DNA from: Callorhinchus milii
Lineage: Eukaryota
Reading direction: 5' to 3'
Length of the DNA: 64,000 nt
Assembly (NCBI RefSeq): GCF_018977255.1
Contig: NW_024704742.1
Span: 97,590,001-97,654,000, forward strand
In this document: piece by piece, positions 51,901 through 64,000 of the stretch
Numbering within the stretch: position 1 is the stretch's first letter
Layout of the letters: the number at the start of each line of letters is the position of its first letter
Position numbers and translations under genes: made by a program
Notes under the pieces: model-generated
What the model saw: the letters and a program-made list of their open reading frames with translations, nothing else
What the model was told of the DNA's origin: nothing
Database searches by the model: none

Positions 51901-54648
51901 ACTAGTCCATGAGTCAACCCATAAATTATAAATTAACTGTCATTTTGAAAAAAAACACTGGGAGGGTTTAGGAAAAGAATGTTATCAATGGCATTCTTGT
52001 TCTAAAATAGTGATTAATGCAGAGTCCATAAAAGTTTTTGAAAGGGAATTAATGAAAAATCTATAAAATGTGAAAGGGCAGGGGAGAGAGACTAAATACA
52101 TAACTCTCTCAGAGAGCTGGCCCGGGAGCAATAAACTGAATAACTTCCTGCACTGTAATTTTTTTTGACTACAATTCTACTTGACGGTAATTATATTTGA
52201 AAAGCTTTGAGATATTTCTGCACAAGGCTGTATACAAAATGCATGTTTTTTCTTTAACATATACCTTTGCGAAAGACTCAGGTTACGCAAGTGTACAATA
52301 TCAGATTTCTATTGTTTGCTAGGTGGAGCCAGCTTCTTTGAAGCTAGAAAATCAGAGCTCTGAGTGATCGGGGACAAGGTGAAAGTGGAAAGCATTTGCA
52401 GGAACTATGGGTAAGAAAACATCAAACACACAACAGAAAAAAAATTGAAGTCCATATTTGATTCCCACATATTGTTATCAACATTCTTTTTTCGTAGAAA
52501 TATCTTTATTTTGAACTTCCTCCACATAAATACAACATATGGAAAGAAGAATGCTTACAGTTAAAAAAACAATAAATTGTACATGGCAAACAGTAATGGC
52601 AGCCATGACAAGACATACAGAATACAATAAAACTCAAATTTACATGTATATAGCGCTCTTCATTTCAGGAAAATATCCCTAGGCATTCTCCTGAAGTGAA
52701 ACACAGAAACACATGATAACACGGAAGCTACAACAGTACTATTCCGTATCTTGGTCTCCAACCCTCTCTGTGAGCACATATAGTACAGGACATGGGCTCC
52801 TCAATTCTTTTTTCTTCTTCTCACTTTTGTCTTTTATTTGAATTTTCTTTTCACTTGTTGTTTGTGGGATGCAGCTGTTGCACCTGCCTCCCATAACAAT
52901 CTGAACAATGTTGTTGTTTATTTCCGGATGGTTATTCCAATTTTTGATTGTATTGTTAATTAATCTGCTATTTCAAAGAAACATGGCATCTCACTCCCAG
53001 TTATCCTGCCTTATTCCTTTTCTAATCTAAATTTATATTGTTTATGCGATGTTGCTACCACAGATTAGCTGCTGTGTTTGTCTATATAACAACATTCACC
53101 TCATTTCTCTTTTGTAAAGTGCTTGTCTTCCTGGGATGATAAATGTACACAGTATGCACAGTAAAAGTGTTTGTACTGTTCCAGGTCACTGCCTTACAAA
53201 TGGCTTGAGTGGAATTCTCTGCATTTTCATCCAAGAAATAGCCAGTGCATAAGCAGAATCAGCTGTAACATTCCCAGGCAAATTGGCTGTCATGTTTGCC
53301 TTTTAAAAAAACATAGTTACTACACTTTGCAATGAATCCCATGAAGTGCTGTGAACGTCCTCTCAATGTGAAAGGCACCATATCAAGTGCAAAGATTATA
53401 AAGATTATTATTACTAAGGAATAAGACAGGAGACACACTCCTCTATTGAATTCAACTTTGCAAGATTTACATTTCATCTTCATAAAATGCAAAACCTAGA
53501 TTTACATATGCAAAATAATACTTCCTTTTTATGGAAGTATTATGCAGAATTAGAACTCAAGTACTATTCTCTCTTGATTTAAATCAAATGTAGCAATAAT
53601 ATTGGAAAGAAGCAGTGCGGCCTAAGAAGTATTCTAATCACAGTATGATTTTTTTTACCAATATCTTTTGTAGTATACTTAAATTGTAGTACACTTTGTG
53701 GCTTTGTCCTGAAAAATCATGAGGTCCACAGAAATGGTATAGTATAATAATCCTTCCATTTGATATTGTAATAATTAATTTAAATGTTGTGACTCTGCAG
53801 TCAAGTAAGGACTGACACAAAGGTTGTACAATTAATTAAGGTGTATTAAATCGTATTAATAATGGTTATAAGTAATTAAAAGAATACATCCAATTATGCT
53901 TACATATCCATGTATACTGTATAATTTGAGATATCATTTACACATTAATTACAGAATCTTACAATATCATGTTTTTCACATTGGTGAGATGCTTCAAAGC
54001 ACTTCACAGGATATCCTGCAAATTGTAGTGACTGAGTATTTTGTGGGCAAAATTTAATTGGTAAATGGTTTAAAATGGTATAATATGAAATACGAATCAT
54101 TGAATGTACCAGAGTAGGAAACGTACATATGCTTCAAAGAACTGCACTAAAATTTCAACTTGTAACTATTCTTTTCATTAGCTGCCACAGTATTCTAGGT
54201 TGGTGTATTAGTACAATGATCCACCTCTTCCCAGCCAATTCCCTCCATGAACACTCCATATTAATGCAGTATTTAGGAAAGCCATTTCTTGCTATATCAC
54301 CTGATACCCTTCCATGAAAAATAAAGATTAAATTTACAGTTTTAGAAATAAGAGGCATTATATTTCTGATTATTTTATTTGGTATGTTAAATAGATAGCT
54401 CTTTGAAACTTTCAGAAAGAATCCTTGCTGAAAACTCTTATAATTGGTGCTGTATTTGTATTTACAGAGTGATTTTTTCTCTTCCAAGAGTTTTCAATGA
54501 AATTAAAATAATCAGAAAGCATTCATTGATTGGCTCAGTTCAAGAAACTTTCATTGTTTAAAATGGCGCCTTGGAACCAAGCGCCTTGGGACGTCCTCCT
54601 GACGTGAAAGGCGCTCTATAAATGTCATTTTGTTGTTGTTGTTGTATT

Positions 54649-54978
54649 GTAGAGTCCTGTAGCTCAGTGGTTAGAGCACTCGCTTTGCAAGCGAGAGACC
54701 TGAGTTCAATTCCAGGCAGAGGGCGAAACCTTGGGCAAGTTTCCTTACTCCACACAGAGCCTAATAATAATCCCTCCAAAATCAAAAACAATAATTAAAT
54801 TGGTCATTTTCAATCTATGACTGTTTGTGGGACATTGCTGTGTGCAATTGGCTGCCGCGTTCGACCACAAATATACAGTCAACTCACTTTACAGTATATT
54901 CTGTGAAGCGCGTTGGGACGTCCTCCCGATGTGAAAAGCGCTATATCAAATGCAAGGATTATTATTATTATTATTATT
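54649..54978 (+). mobile_element. Full-length tRNA-Deu-L2 SINE directly after a ~65-bp L2 3' tail (54579-54645)
   Basis: Family match with an (ATT)n tail. Confidence 0.9.
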
Positions 54979-55888
54979 GTGTTTTATTGTGTTTAGCTGT
55001 ACGTTGCTGCCATCTTGTGCTTAGATTCAGTATTGTACTACTGGACTGATCATTATTAGACAGACCCGGAAACTGGTGGTTGCTATAAGGTCCAAAATAG
55101 CAATTCCTCAGATCTATATATTTTAATCAAAGAAAATCACATTTATAATTAAGACACTATTACTATAATTTAATATTTGAATAAAAGTGTGTCAGTCTGG
55201 CTCAGTTCGTAGCGCTCTGTCCTTCAAGGCAGAAGGTTGTGGGTTGAAGTCCTACGTCTAAAGCTGACACTCCAAAGCAGTGCTGAGGTGTCGTCCTTTA
55301 AATCAGATGTTAAACAGGTCCCGTCTGCCTGTTCAGGTAAACGTTAAAGATCCTGTCAAATTGTTTGTTTTTAATTACCTTTTGGGTAAAGAAATACATC
55401 TGTACTGAAATCAACGTTTGCAACCCCAAACTTATGTCCACTTGTTCTACTGTCTTGATGCATTCAAAAGTATTGTTCTCAGTTTACTTTCTCAATCTTC
55501 TTTCAAACGTCCCTTTTTAAGACTAAAGAGCCCTTGCTCTCCTCCTTGCATTACTGGAGTATGACTTCTGGTGATTTGAAATCCACTGATTTGTTAATAT
55601 AACCCAGTATTTTATTTTTCTTTATTGTTGCCTCACACTGCTTTGACATGGTGAGTCAATTAACACCTTCTCTTTCCCTTGGCAAGTTCTATCCCTTCCA
55701 TGGAGTAATTGGGGAAATGGTACGCTGGGTGTTCTGGAAGAATAAAGATCGAGGCGAGTGCTTTAATCACTGAGCTACAGGACTCCATATACTCCATATA
55801 CTCTATATACTGTAAAGTGCATTGACTGTGTGATTAGTGGTGTCCAAACTCGGACACCGCAAGTTATTGTTGAGCAAGGCTCTACTAA

Positions 55889-56503
55889 GTCCTGTAGCTC
55901 AATGGTTAGAGCACTCGCCTCGCAAGCGAGAGGACCTGGGTTCGATTCCCAGCAGGGCAAAATGTTGGGCAAGTTTCCTTACTCCACATGCCTCTGTTTA
56001 CCTAGCATTAAGTAGGAACCTGGTCGTTAGTCGATTGGTGGATTGCTTTTCCGGGGACAATAAGTTCTTTAAAGAAAATTGGTCACTTCAATCCATGACT
56101 GTTTGTGGGAAACTGCTGAGCGCAATTGGCTGCCATGTTTCGCCCACAAAATATACAGTCAATTCATTTTACAATATATTCTGTGAAGTACTTTGAGACG
56201 TGTAGAAGATCCGATAAGGCTATATCAAATGCAAGGATTATTATTATTAGTAGTAGTAGTAACTGGGAAACCGGTTGTTAGTCGATTGACGGATCGCTTT
56301 TCGGGAGGTAATAATTCCTTCAAAAAAAAAGATTGATCGCTCAATCCATGACTGTTTGTGGGACACTGCTGTGCGCAATTGGTTGCTGCTTTTCGCCCAC
56401 AAAATATACAGTCAATTCACTTTACTGTATATTCTGTGAAGCGCTTTGAGACGTCTCGAAGATGTGATTAGACGCGATATCAAATGCAAGGATTATTATT
56501 ATT
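55889..56503 (+). mobile_element. Longer-bodied SINE subfamily copy (55889-56260) followed by a second 3' half (56264-56503)
   Basis: Same head and tail with an extra central segment (GGAACCTGGTCGTTAGTCGATTGG). That segment is also seen on the minus strand near 50800-50880 and 37150-37200. Confidence 0.8.
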
Positions 56504-56971
56504 CTTTGCAGACAAACGTGACAGCTAATTTATGCACAGGAATGTCCCATAAACAGCCATGAAGGGAATGACCAATTTTATTTTTATTTGTATGATTTCT
56601 ACGGCTAAGAGGCCTGTTGAGCTTACCTGATGGTGGAGCCAAAATACAGCACGGTAAATAGGAGCAGCTAACCAGTGGTGGCTAACTTGTGGTCCACGTG
56701 CCACTTACTTCCCACGGGGCCGTTAAGAAGCCCCCCACCCCCATCCGAACATTCAGACGAGTCTAGTTAAGTCCATGTTTGTTCAGCAGTGTGTGTTTTC
56801 AGGAAAATCTATTTTGTTGGCCTACCATTAAGATTGGGCACCACGGATCTAGACTGTGAGCTTAATTCTCAAAACCACAATCAATTGCAAGTAGGTGATA
56901 AAGTGAAATCCTCAACAGTTGAAGCTGCGATAGTCTACTTCAGAATGCTCTGGTGAAGAGCTCGAGGAGCT

Positions 56972-57840
56972 TCTCTGTCAGGACAGCAGTGGTACTGGGG
57001 TCGAGGGTGGAAGCAGAGAGAGAGTTGGGTATCAAGTGGAAGTTGACCCCATGTCTGCGGATAATGTCACCAAGGGGGAGCTTGTACAGGTTGAGGAGGA
57101 GAGGACCAAGCACAGAGCCCCACTGCACAAGATGGTGCCAGGGCTGGAGGAGAAGCCATTTGTGGAGACAAAGTGGAGCCGGTGTGAGAGATAGTATCGG
57201 AACCACTCAAAGACAGGTGGTGGAGGAGGATAGAGTGGTCCAGTGTCAAAGGCAGCAGAGAGGTCGAGGAGGACGAGGAGACAGAGGGATTCCTGGTCAC
57301 AGAATGTTACTTGTCACCTTGACCAGGGCTGTGGGCAGCACCGAAACACCGATTGGAGGGATTCGTAAAGGGAGTGGTGAGAGAGGAAGGAGTGAAGCTG
57401 GGAAGCAACAACTCTTTTAGGGACCTTGGAAAGGAAAGTGAGGTTGGAGATGGGGCGGTAGTTTGTGAGCAGGGATGGGCCCAGGGAAGGTTTTTTAAGG
57501 ATAGAGCCGATGACAGCTGTTTTTAGTGGGATGGGAATGGTGCCAGTTGACAGGGAGAGGTTGATGATGTCTGAGAGTAAAGGGGCAAAAGGAGGTGGAG
57601 CTGGGAGATAAGGAGAGGGGTGGAGATGGGGGTCGAGGGAGCAGGTGGTGGGCTTTAAGCGGGTTATGGTGGCGGTGAGAGAGGATTGGGAGACAGGTTC
57701 GAAGGTGTGGAGGGAAGGGGGTGGGTAGGGGCTGGAGCGTGAGGGAGAGATGGGGAGGGAGGGGACGGTTGGGCGGGTGGAGGCGGCGGCTGAACGGATC
57801 CCCTCGATTTTGGTCTCAAGGAAATCCAGCATCTTTTTTG
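56972..57840 (-). mobile_element. L2 LINE ORF2 fragment
   Basis: [46 protein letters not shown]. Confidence 0.88.
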
Positions 57841-58324
57841 CAGCCGGAGTAGATGTGTGTGGACAGCAACAACAACAACAACAACAAGATTCCATTTATA
57901 AAGCGCCTTTCACGTCAGGAGGACGTCCCAAGGCGCTGCACAGTTGGGTCAGGACCCGAGCATTGGGGGGGAAATGGTCAGGGTGAGGGGAGGGGAGGGA
58001 GGGAGCGAGGAGGGGGGAAATGGTCAGGGTGAGGGGAGGGAAGGGAGGGAGCGAGGAGGGGGAAGAGAGTCGAGAGGGGAGCTGAAGGCTCGGCGTCACT
58101 GCAACACGGTGGCCTGGAGCAGCGGTGGGGAGGGGGCAGCGTTTTCTGGAGCAACAGAAAAAAAAGCACATCTCCTTCCAATCCACTACATATAGCGCCC
58201 GTTTCCTTGCGGCGGCCACTGCTGTCTGACGCGCCCCTCGAGTGGATTTTCACCAGACAGCGAGTGGTGCTGCAACACCCTCCTCAGCCTGGAGGTGGGG
58301 AGTTAACAGCTGTGTGCTGAACAG

Positions 58325-58975
58325 AGGGGGCGCTGTGGGAGCCTCCAGCCAGAGGGGGCGCTGTGAGAGCCTCCAGCCAGAGGGCGGCGCTGTGAGAGCC
58401 TCCAGCCAGAGGGCGGCGCTGTGGGAGCCTCCAGCCAGAGGGCGGCGCTGTGGCAGCGACGCTGTGGGCGCCTCCAGTCAGAGGGCGGCGCTGTGAGAGC
58501 CTCCAGCCAGAGGGGCGGGGGCTGTGAGAGCCTCCAGCCAGAGGGCGGCGCTGTGGGCGCCTCCAGCCAGAGGGGCGGGGGCTGTGGGAGCCTCCAGCCA
58601 GAGGGCGGCGCTGTGGGAGCCTCCAGCCAGAGGGCGGCGCTGTGGGAGCCTCCAGCCAGAGGGCGGCGCTGTGGGAGCCTCCAGCCAGAGGGGCGGGGGC
58701 TGTGGGAGCCTCCAGCCAGAGGGGCGGGGGCTGTGGGAGCCTCCAGCCAGAGGGCGGCGCTGTGGGAGCCTCCAGCCAGAGGGGGCGCTGTGAGAGCCTC
58801 CAGCCAGAGGGGGGGGCTGTGGGAGCCTCCAGCCAGAGGGCGGCGCTGTGGGAGCCTCCAGCCAGAGGGGCGGGGGCTGTGGGAGCCTCCAGCCAGAGGG
58901 CGGCGCTGTGGGAGCCTCCAGCCAGAGGGCGGCGCTGTGGGCGCCTCCAGCCAGAGGGGAGGGCGGCGCTGCCTG
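58325..58975. repeat. GC-rich minisatellite, 28-30 bp unit (GGGCGGCGCTGTGGGAGCCTCCAGCCAGA), about 22 copies
   Basis: Directly visible tandem array with variant units (GGGGCGGGGG.., GGGGGCG.., TGTGAGAG..). Confidence 0.95.
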
Positions 58976-59236
58976 TGACGTGCTGTGTTGTCAGAGGCGG
59001 TGGAGAGGTCACAGAGGAGGCGGCGACGCCGGTGGTTGAGCAGCGGTTTGCGGGGACGGAGGGGACGCGCAGCTCTCGGACCGGGAATAACCGGAACAGC
59101 GGAGAGAGGGGGAAAAAAACCTATTTTGAAGGAGTTTGACAGCCGCTGACGGCCCCGCACTGACCCCCTCAGCTCGGACTGGGAAGGAAGGGTCGCGGTC
59201 TCCGCGCTGACGCTGCTCTCTCCCCGAGGGGCCGTC

Positions 59237-59318
59237 ATGAAGAGTTTGCCCTATTTCTGCCGCGGAGACGTGGTGCGAGGCTTCGGCCGCGGCAGCAAAG
59301 AGCTCGGGATCCCGACAG
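59237..59318 (+). CDS. RFK: Riboflavin kinase, coding exon 1 ([27 protein letters not shown])
   Basis: Flavokinase N-terminal motif [12 protein letters not shown]2-LGIPTAN; Kozak-like gccgtcATG; phase-1 donor ACAG|gtacac; 82 nt. Confidence 0.95.
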
Positions 59319-59379
59319 GTACACAGCAGCCGCGCGGACCGTCCCCACACCGGCCATCGCCAACCGCCATCCCAACCGC

Positions 59380-60090
59380 TCACACACTCCCCCCCACACA
59401 CTCCCACACACACACACACACTCCCACACACACACACACACTCCCACACACACACACACACTCCCACACACACACACACACACACACTCCACACACACAC
59501 ACACACACACACACTCCCACACACACACTCCCACACACACACACACTCCCACACACACACTCCCACACACACACACACACTCCCCACACACACCCCCACA
59601 CACACTCCCCCCCACACACACTCCCACACTCCCCCACACACACTCCCACACTCCCCACACACACTCCCACACTCCCCCACACACACTCCCACACTCCCCC
59701 ACACACACTCCCACACACACACACACACACTCCCACACACACACTCCCACACACACCCCCCCACACACACACACACACTCCCACACACACACACACACTC
59801 CCACACTCCCCCACACACACTCCCACACTCCCCCACACACACTCCCACACCCCCACACACACTCCCACACCACACACACACACCCCACACACACACACAC
59901 ACTCCCACACACACACACACTCCCACACACACACACACACCCCCCCCCCACACACACACTCCCCCACACACACACTCCCCCACACACTCCCCCACACTCC
60001 CACACACACACACACACACCCCCACACACACACACACTCCCCCACACACACACACACACACACACTCCCACACACACACACACACACACT

Positions 60091-60125
<35 letters not shown>

Positions 60126-60188
60126 ACACACACACCCCCACACACACACCCCCACACACCCACCCACACACACACACTCCCCCACACA

Positions 60189-60220
<32 letters not shown>

Positions 60221-61571
60221 CACACACACACTCCCACACACTCCTACACTCACACACCCCCACACTCCCCCCCACACACTCCCCCCACACACTCCCCCCC
60301 ACACACTCCCCCCCACACACTCCCCCCCACACACTCCCCCCACACACTCCCCCCCACACTCCCCACACACCCCACACACCCCCCACACACCCCCCACACA
60401 CACACCCCCCACACACACTCCCCACACACTCCCCACACACATACACACACTCCCACACACACACACACACACACTCCCACACACACACACACCCACACAC
60501 ACACCCCCACACACACACTCCCACACACACACACTCCCCCACACACCCCCACATACACACCCCCACATACACCCCCACACACACCCCCACACACACACCC
60601 CCACACACACCACACACACACACACACACTCCCACACACTCCTACACTCACACACCCCACACTCCCCCCACACACTCCCCCCACACACTCCCCACACCCC
60701 CACACACACTCCCCACACACATCCCCACACACTCCCACACACACACACAACCCACACACCCCCAACACACACACTCCCACACACACTCCCACACACACAC
60801 CCACATACACCCCCACACACCCCCACATACACCCCCACACACACACACTCCCACACACACACACTCCCACACACACTCCAACACACACACACACACACTC
60901 CCACACACACTCCCCCACACACACCCCACATACACCCCCCCACACACACCCCCCCACACACACACACACACACACACTCCCACACACACTCCCACACACA
61001 CACACACACTCCCACACACACACCCACACACACACACACACACACACTCCCACACACACTCCCACACACACACTCCCCACACACACCCCCACACACACAC
61101 ACACTCCCACACACACACACACACACACTCCCCCACACACACACACACTCCCACACACACACACACTCCCACACACACACACACACACACACACTCCCAC
61201 ACACACACACTCGCACACACACACACTCCCACACTCCCACACTCCCCCCCACACACTCCTACACTCACACACCCCCACACTCCCCCCACACACTCCCCCC
61301 CACACACTCCCCCCACACACTCCCCACACCCCACACACACTCCCCCACACACACCCCCACACACTCCCACACACACACACACACCCACACACCCCCACAC
61401 ACACACACTCCCACACACACTCCCAACACACACACACACACACTCCCCCACACACACCCCCACATACACCCCCACACACACACACTCCCACACACACACA
61501 CTCCCACACACACTCCCAACACACACACACACACACTCCCACACACACTCCCCCACACACACCCCCACATA

Positions 61572-61603
<32 letters not shown>

Positions 61604-61749
61604 CACACACACACACTCTCACACACCATCCCACTGACCCCCAAACACACCCCCACACACACACACACACACACACACACTCCCACACACACTCCCACAC
61701 ACACACACACACTCCCCCACACACACCCCCACACACACACACACACACT

Positions 61750-61784
<35 letters not shown>

Positions 61785-61851
61785 CCACACACACACCCCC
61801 ACACACTCCCACACACACACACACTCCCACACACACACACACACACACTCC

Positions 61852-61884
<33 letters not shown>

Positions 61885-62213
61885 TCCCACACTCCCACAC
61901 TCCCCCCACACACTCCTACACTCACACACCCCCACACTCCCCCCCACACACTCCCCCCACACACTCCCCCCCACACACTCCCCCACACCCCCACACACAC
62001 TCCCCCACACACACCCCCACACACTCCCACACACACTCCCACACTCCCACACTCCCCCCCACACACTCCTACACTCACACACCCCACACTCCCCCCACAC
62101 ACTCCCCCCACACACTCCCCCACACCCCCACACACACCTCCCCCACACACTCCCCCACACACACCCCCACACACACACACACTCCCACACACACACACAC
62201 ACACACACACTCC

Positions 62214-62250
<37 letters not shown>

Positions 62251-62560
62251 TCCCACACTCCCACACTCCCCCCCACACACTCCTACACTCACACACCCCC
62301 ACACTCCCCCCCACACACTCCCCCCCACACACTCCCCACACCCCCACACACACTCCCACACACCCTCCCCCAACACACCCTCCCCCAACACACCCTCCCC
62401 CAACACACCCTCTCTCCCCCCCAACACACTCTCTCCCCCCAACACACTCTCTCTCCCTGCTCCCAACAAACCCCTCTCCTCCCACACCCCCAACCCCCAC
62501 TGCGTGTACCTTCACCCACACAGCCCCCCCACACCCCCTCCCCTGCACATGTGCCCCCTC
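59380..62560. repeat. ~3.2 kb degenerate (CA)n/CACACTCCC satellite occupying nearly all of RFK intron 1
   Basis: Plus strand is almost only C and A with sparse T and very rare G. Confidence 0.97.
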
Positions 62561-62653
62561 CCCCCTGAACTTGCGCCCATATGCTTAGTGAACATTGTGA
62601 AATCTGATATTATCAGTAATAAAATGTCACCTGTTCTTTTGCTTCCTCCACAG

Positions 62654-62805
62654 CAAATTTCCCAGACACCGTTGTGGACAACCTGCCAGCAGACATCACT
62701 ACTGGTATATACTACGGTTGGGCCAGTGTTGCAAATGGAGATGTACATAAAATGGTTATGAGCATAGGTTGGAATCCATACTATAAAAACACTAAGAAAT
62801 CCATG
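62654..62805 (+). CDS. RFK: Riboflavin kinase, coding exon 2 (-ANFPDTVVDNLPADITTGIYYGWASVANGDVHKMVMSIGWNPYYKNTKKSM); later exons appear to lie beyond the window
   Basis: Acceptor ttcttttgcttcctccacAG| and donor ATG|gtaagt. 82+152 nt = 78 codons in frame. Completes the PTAN motif and contains GIYYGWA and SIGWNPYY. Confidence 0.95.
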
Positions 62806-64000
62806 GTAAGTTGAATTGTTTATGGAAACGTGTAGCTATCTTTGACTTTCTGGAAGATTCTTTGTACCAATACTGAAGTGTAGACTGTTGATATATCTCC
62901 TTTTTTTAGTTTTTCCTCAAAAAAAGTCTAACTTTCACTGATTGTCTTGTCCCACGAGTCATCAAAGTGTCAGTTCTTACATGAGTTCAGATCATGGATT
63001 ATCTGAAATTCACTTTCTGAACTCATACGAAAATTTGACTGGAAGGCATCATTGCAGATCTTTACATATGCATGCTTTGTGAGTGTACGTCTCTGGTTAG
63101 TGATCATTAGGGATTCCCCCTTTTCTTTCCTCTCTTCCCCCATTACCCCCAAATAAAGTACATTCTTGGAGGGCAGTTTGACTTGGCATCAAAAGGTTTT
63201 TCTATATCATTGAAACTGGCATCGAGCTTTTTGATGTCCACTCAATCAATACAACTTTTGCCTAAAATAATACTCATCATTTATAAATTAGTGAAACCAT
63301 AAGATCAGATCAGTTCCAGCTAATGAACTCTAGGATTTGGAAGAGACTTTTTGCTAGGACTTAAACTTTACGCAAGGACAGCCTGTGTTACTGCTCCTTA
63401 TTGCTATTCAGTGGCCTGTTGGAAATCAAATGTCTGTGGATAGACTTAGGTTTGTGTAATACTCTTATATACATCACTTATTTGAGGCTCTAAACTGGTG
63501 CCAGCATCTGTGGAAATTAACTTAACTAAGAGTGCACACTTTCAGGAGAGGAGGAAACTTGGGTGGAGTAGCAAAATGCTTGGTTTGAACATTTCAATAG
63601 CCATACAGTTGTATCTAGAGGCTTAGTAAGGGTTTGATAAAGCTGTATTGCAGTTATTTTTTTAGAAAATAGTATTGTTTATTTTCAGTGTCTTGAAGCT
63701 GTGAGGCTGTTTCTAGTAAACGCATTAACAACAACAAATTAAATTTGTATATTGCCTTTCTTGTTAAGAATGGAAAATGTCTAAATGTGTATGTTTTCAC
63801 AGAAAAACTCATTTTCAAGGATGAAAACACAATAGGGACTAGATTTACCCTTCTTTGTATGTACAGTATTGACTGATTTAAGGCTATTTTTTACTGTAAT
63901 CCAGATATTCCTGAATCATAGAACAGTGCTATTTAAAATACTCTAAAGCATTTCATACTAAGCAATGCTGCTCACCAGGAAGTTCCAGGAAGTAGGGAGT

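Larger units (their letters stand above)
58095..59380 (+). promoter_or_regulatory. CpG island / RFK promoter and 5' UTR
   Basis: Dense CpG and high GC surrounding the RFK ATG; TGACG half-sites near 58227, 58976, 59147 and 59208. Confidence 0.75.

Noticed and set aside
56615..56720. Minus-strand donor-like sites (CAG|GTAAGC at 56626) as an extra upstream GCNT1 exon
   Set aside because: No matching acceptor or promoter evidence; compatible with chance.
58284..59238. Repetitive ORFs of 165-311 aa on both strands
   Set aside because: Translations of the GC-rich minisatellite and CpG island; no domain features.
59237..62761. 1174-aa His/Thr/Pro-rich ORF and the antisense Val/Cys/Gly-rich ORFs
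   Set aside because: Only the first 27 codons are real (RFK exon 1). The rest is read-through of a CA satellite that cannot form stop codons, and canonical splicing restores RFK.
63790..63860. Possible RFK exon 3 after ttttcacAG
   Set aside because: The translation does not give the expected ETHI..F..DFYG motif; exon 3 is probably outside the window.

Overview
Vertebrate nuclear DNA. The repeat landscape (tRNA/Deu-domain/L2-tail SINEs, L2 and CR1 LINEs, Penelope-type fragments) suggests a cartilaginous fish, possibly a holocephalan; this is an inference. Two protein-coding genes are arranged divergently. A single-coding-exon core-2 beta-1,6-N-acetylglucosaminyltransferase (GCNT1-like, 8111-9397, minus strand) has a probable CpG-island first exon about 32 kb upstream (~41.9-42.3 kb). 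The first two coding exons of riboflavin kinase (RFK, 59237-59318 and 62654-62805, plus strand) are hidden inside a spurious 1174-aa ORF of the track. Much of the remainder is fragmented retrotransposon. I found no convincing new multi-gene system. The most unusual signals are non-coding: a ~22-copy GC-rich minisatellite with CTCF/Sp1-like motifs at the RFK promoter, a ~3.2 kb CA/C satellite filling RFK intron 1, a ~48-bp-stem hairpin downstream of the GCNT1 stop codon, hammerhead-ribozyme cores in Penelope-type relics, an L2 insertion that captured ~110 bp of nearby intronic sequence, a 45-bp fold-back palindrome, and uORFs plus a candidate hairpin-masked exon in the GCNT1 leader. Repeat boundaries are approximate.
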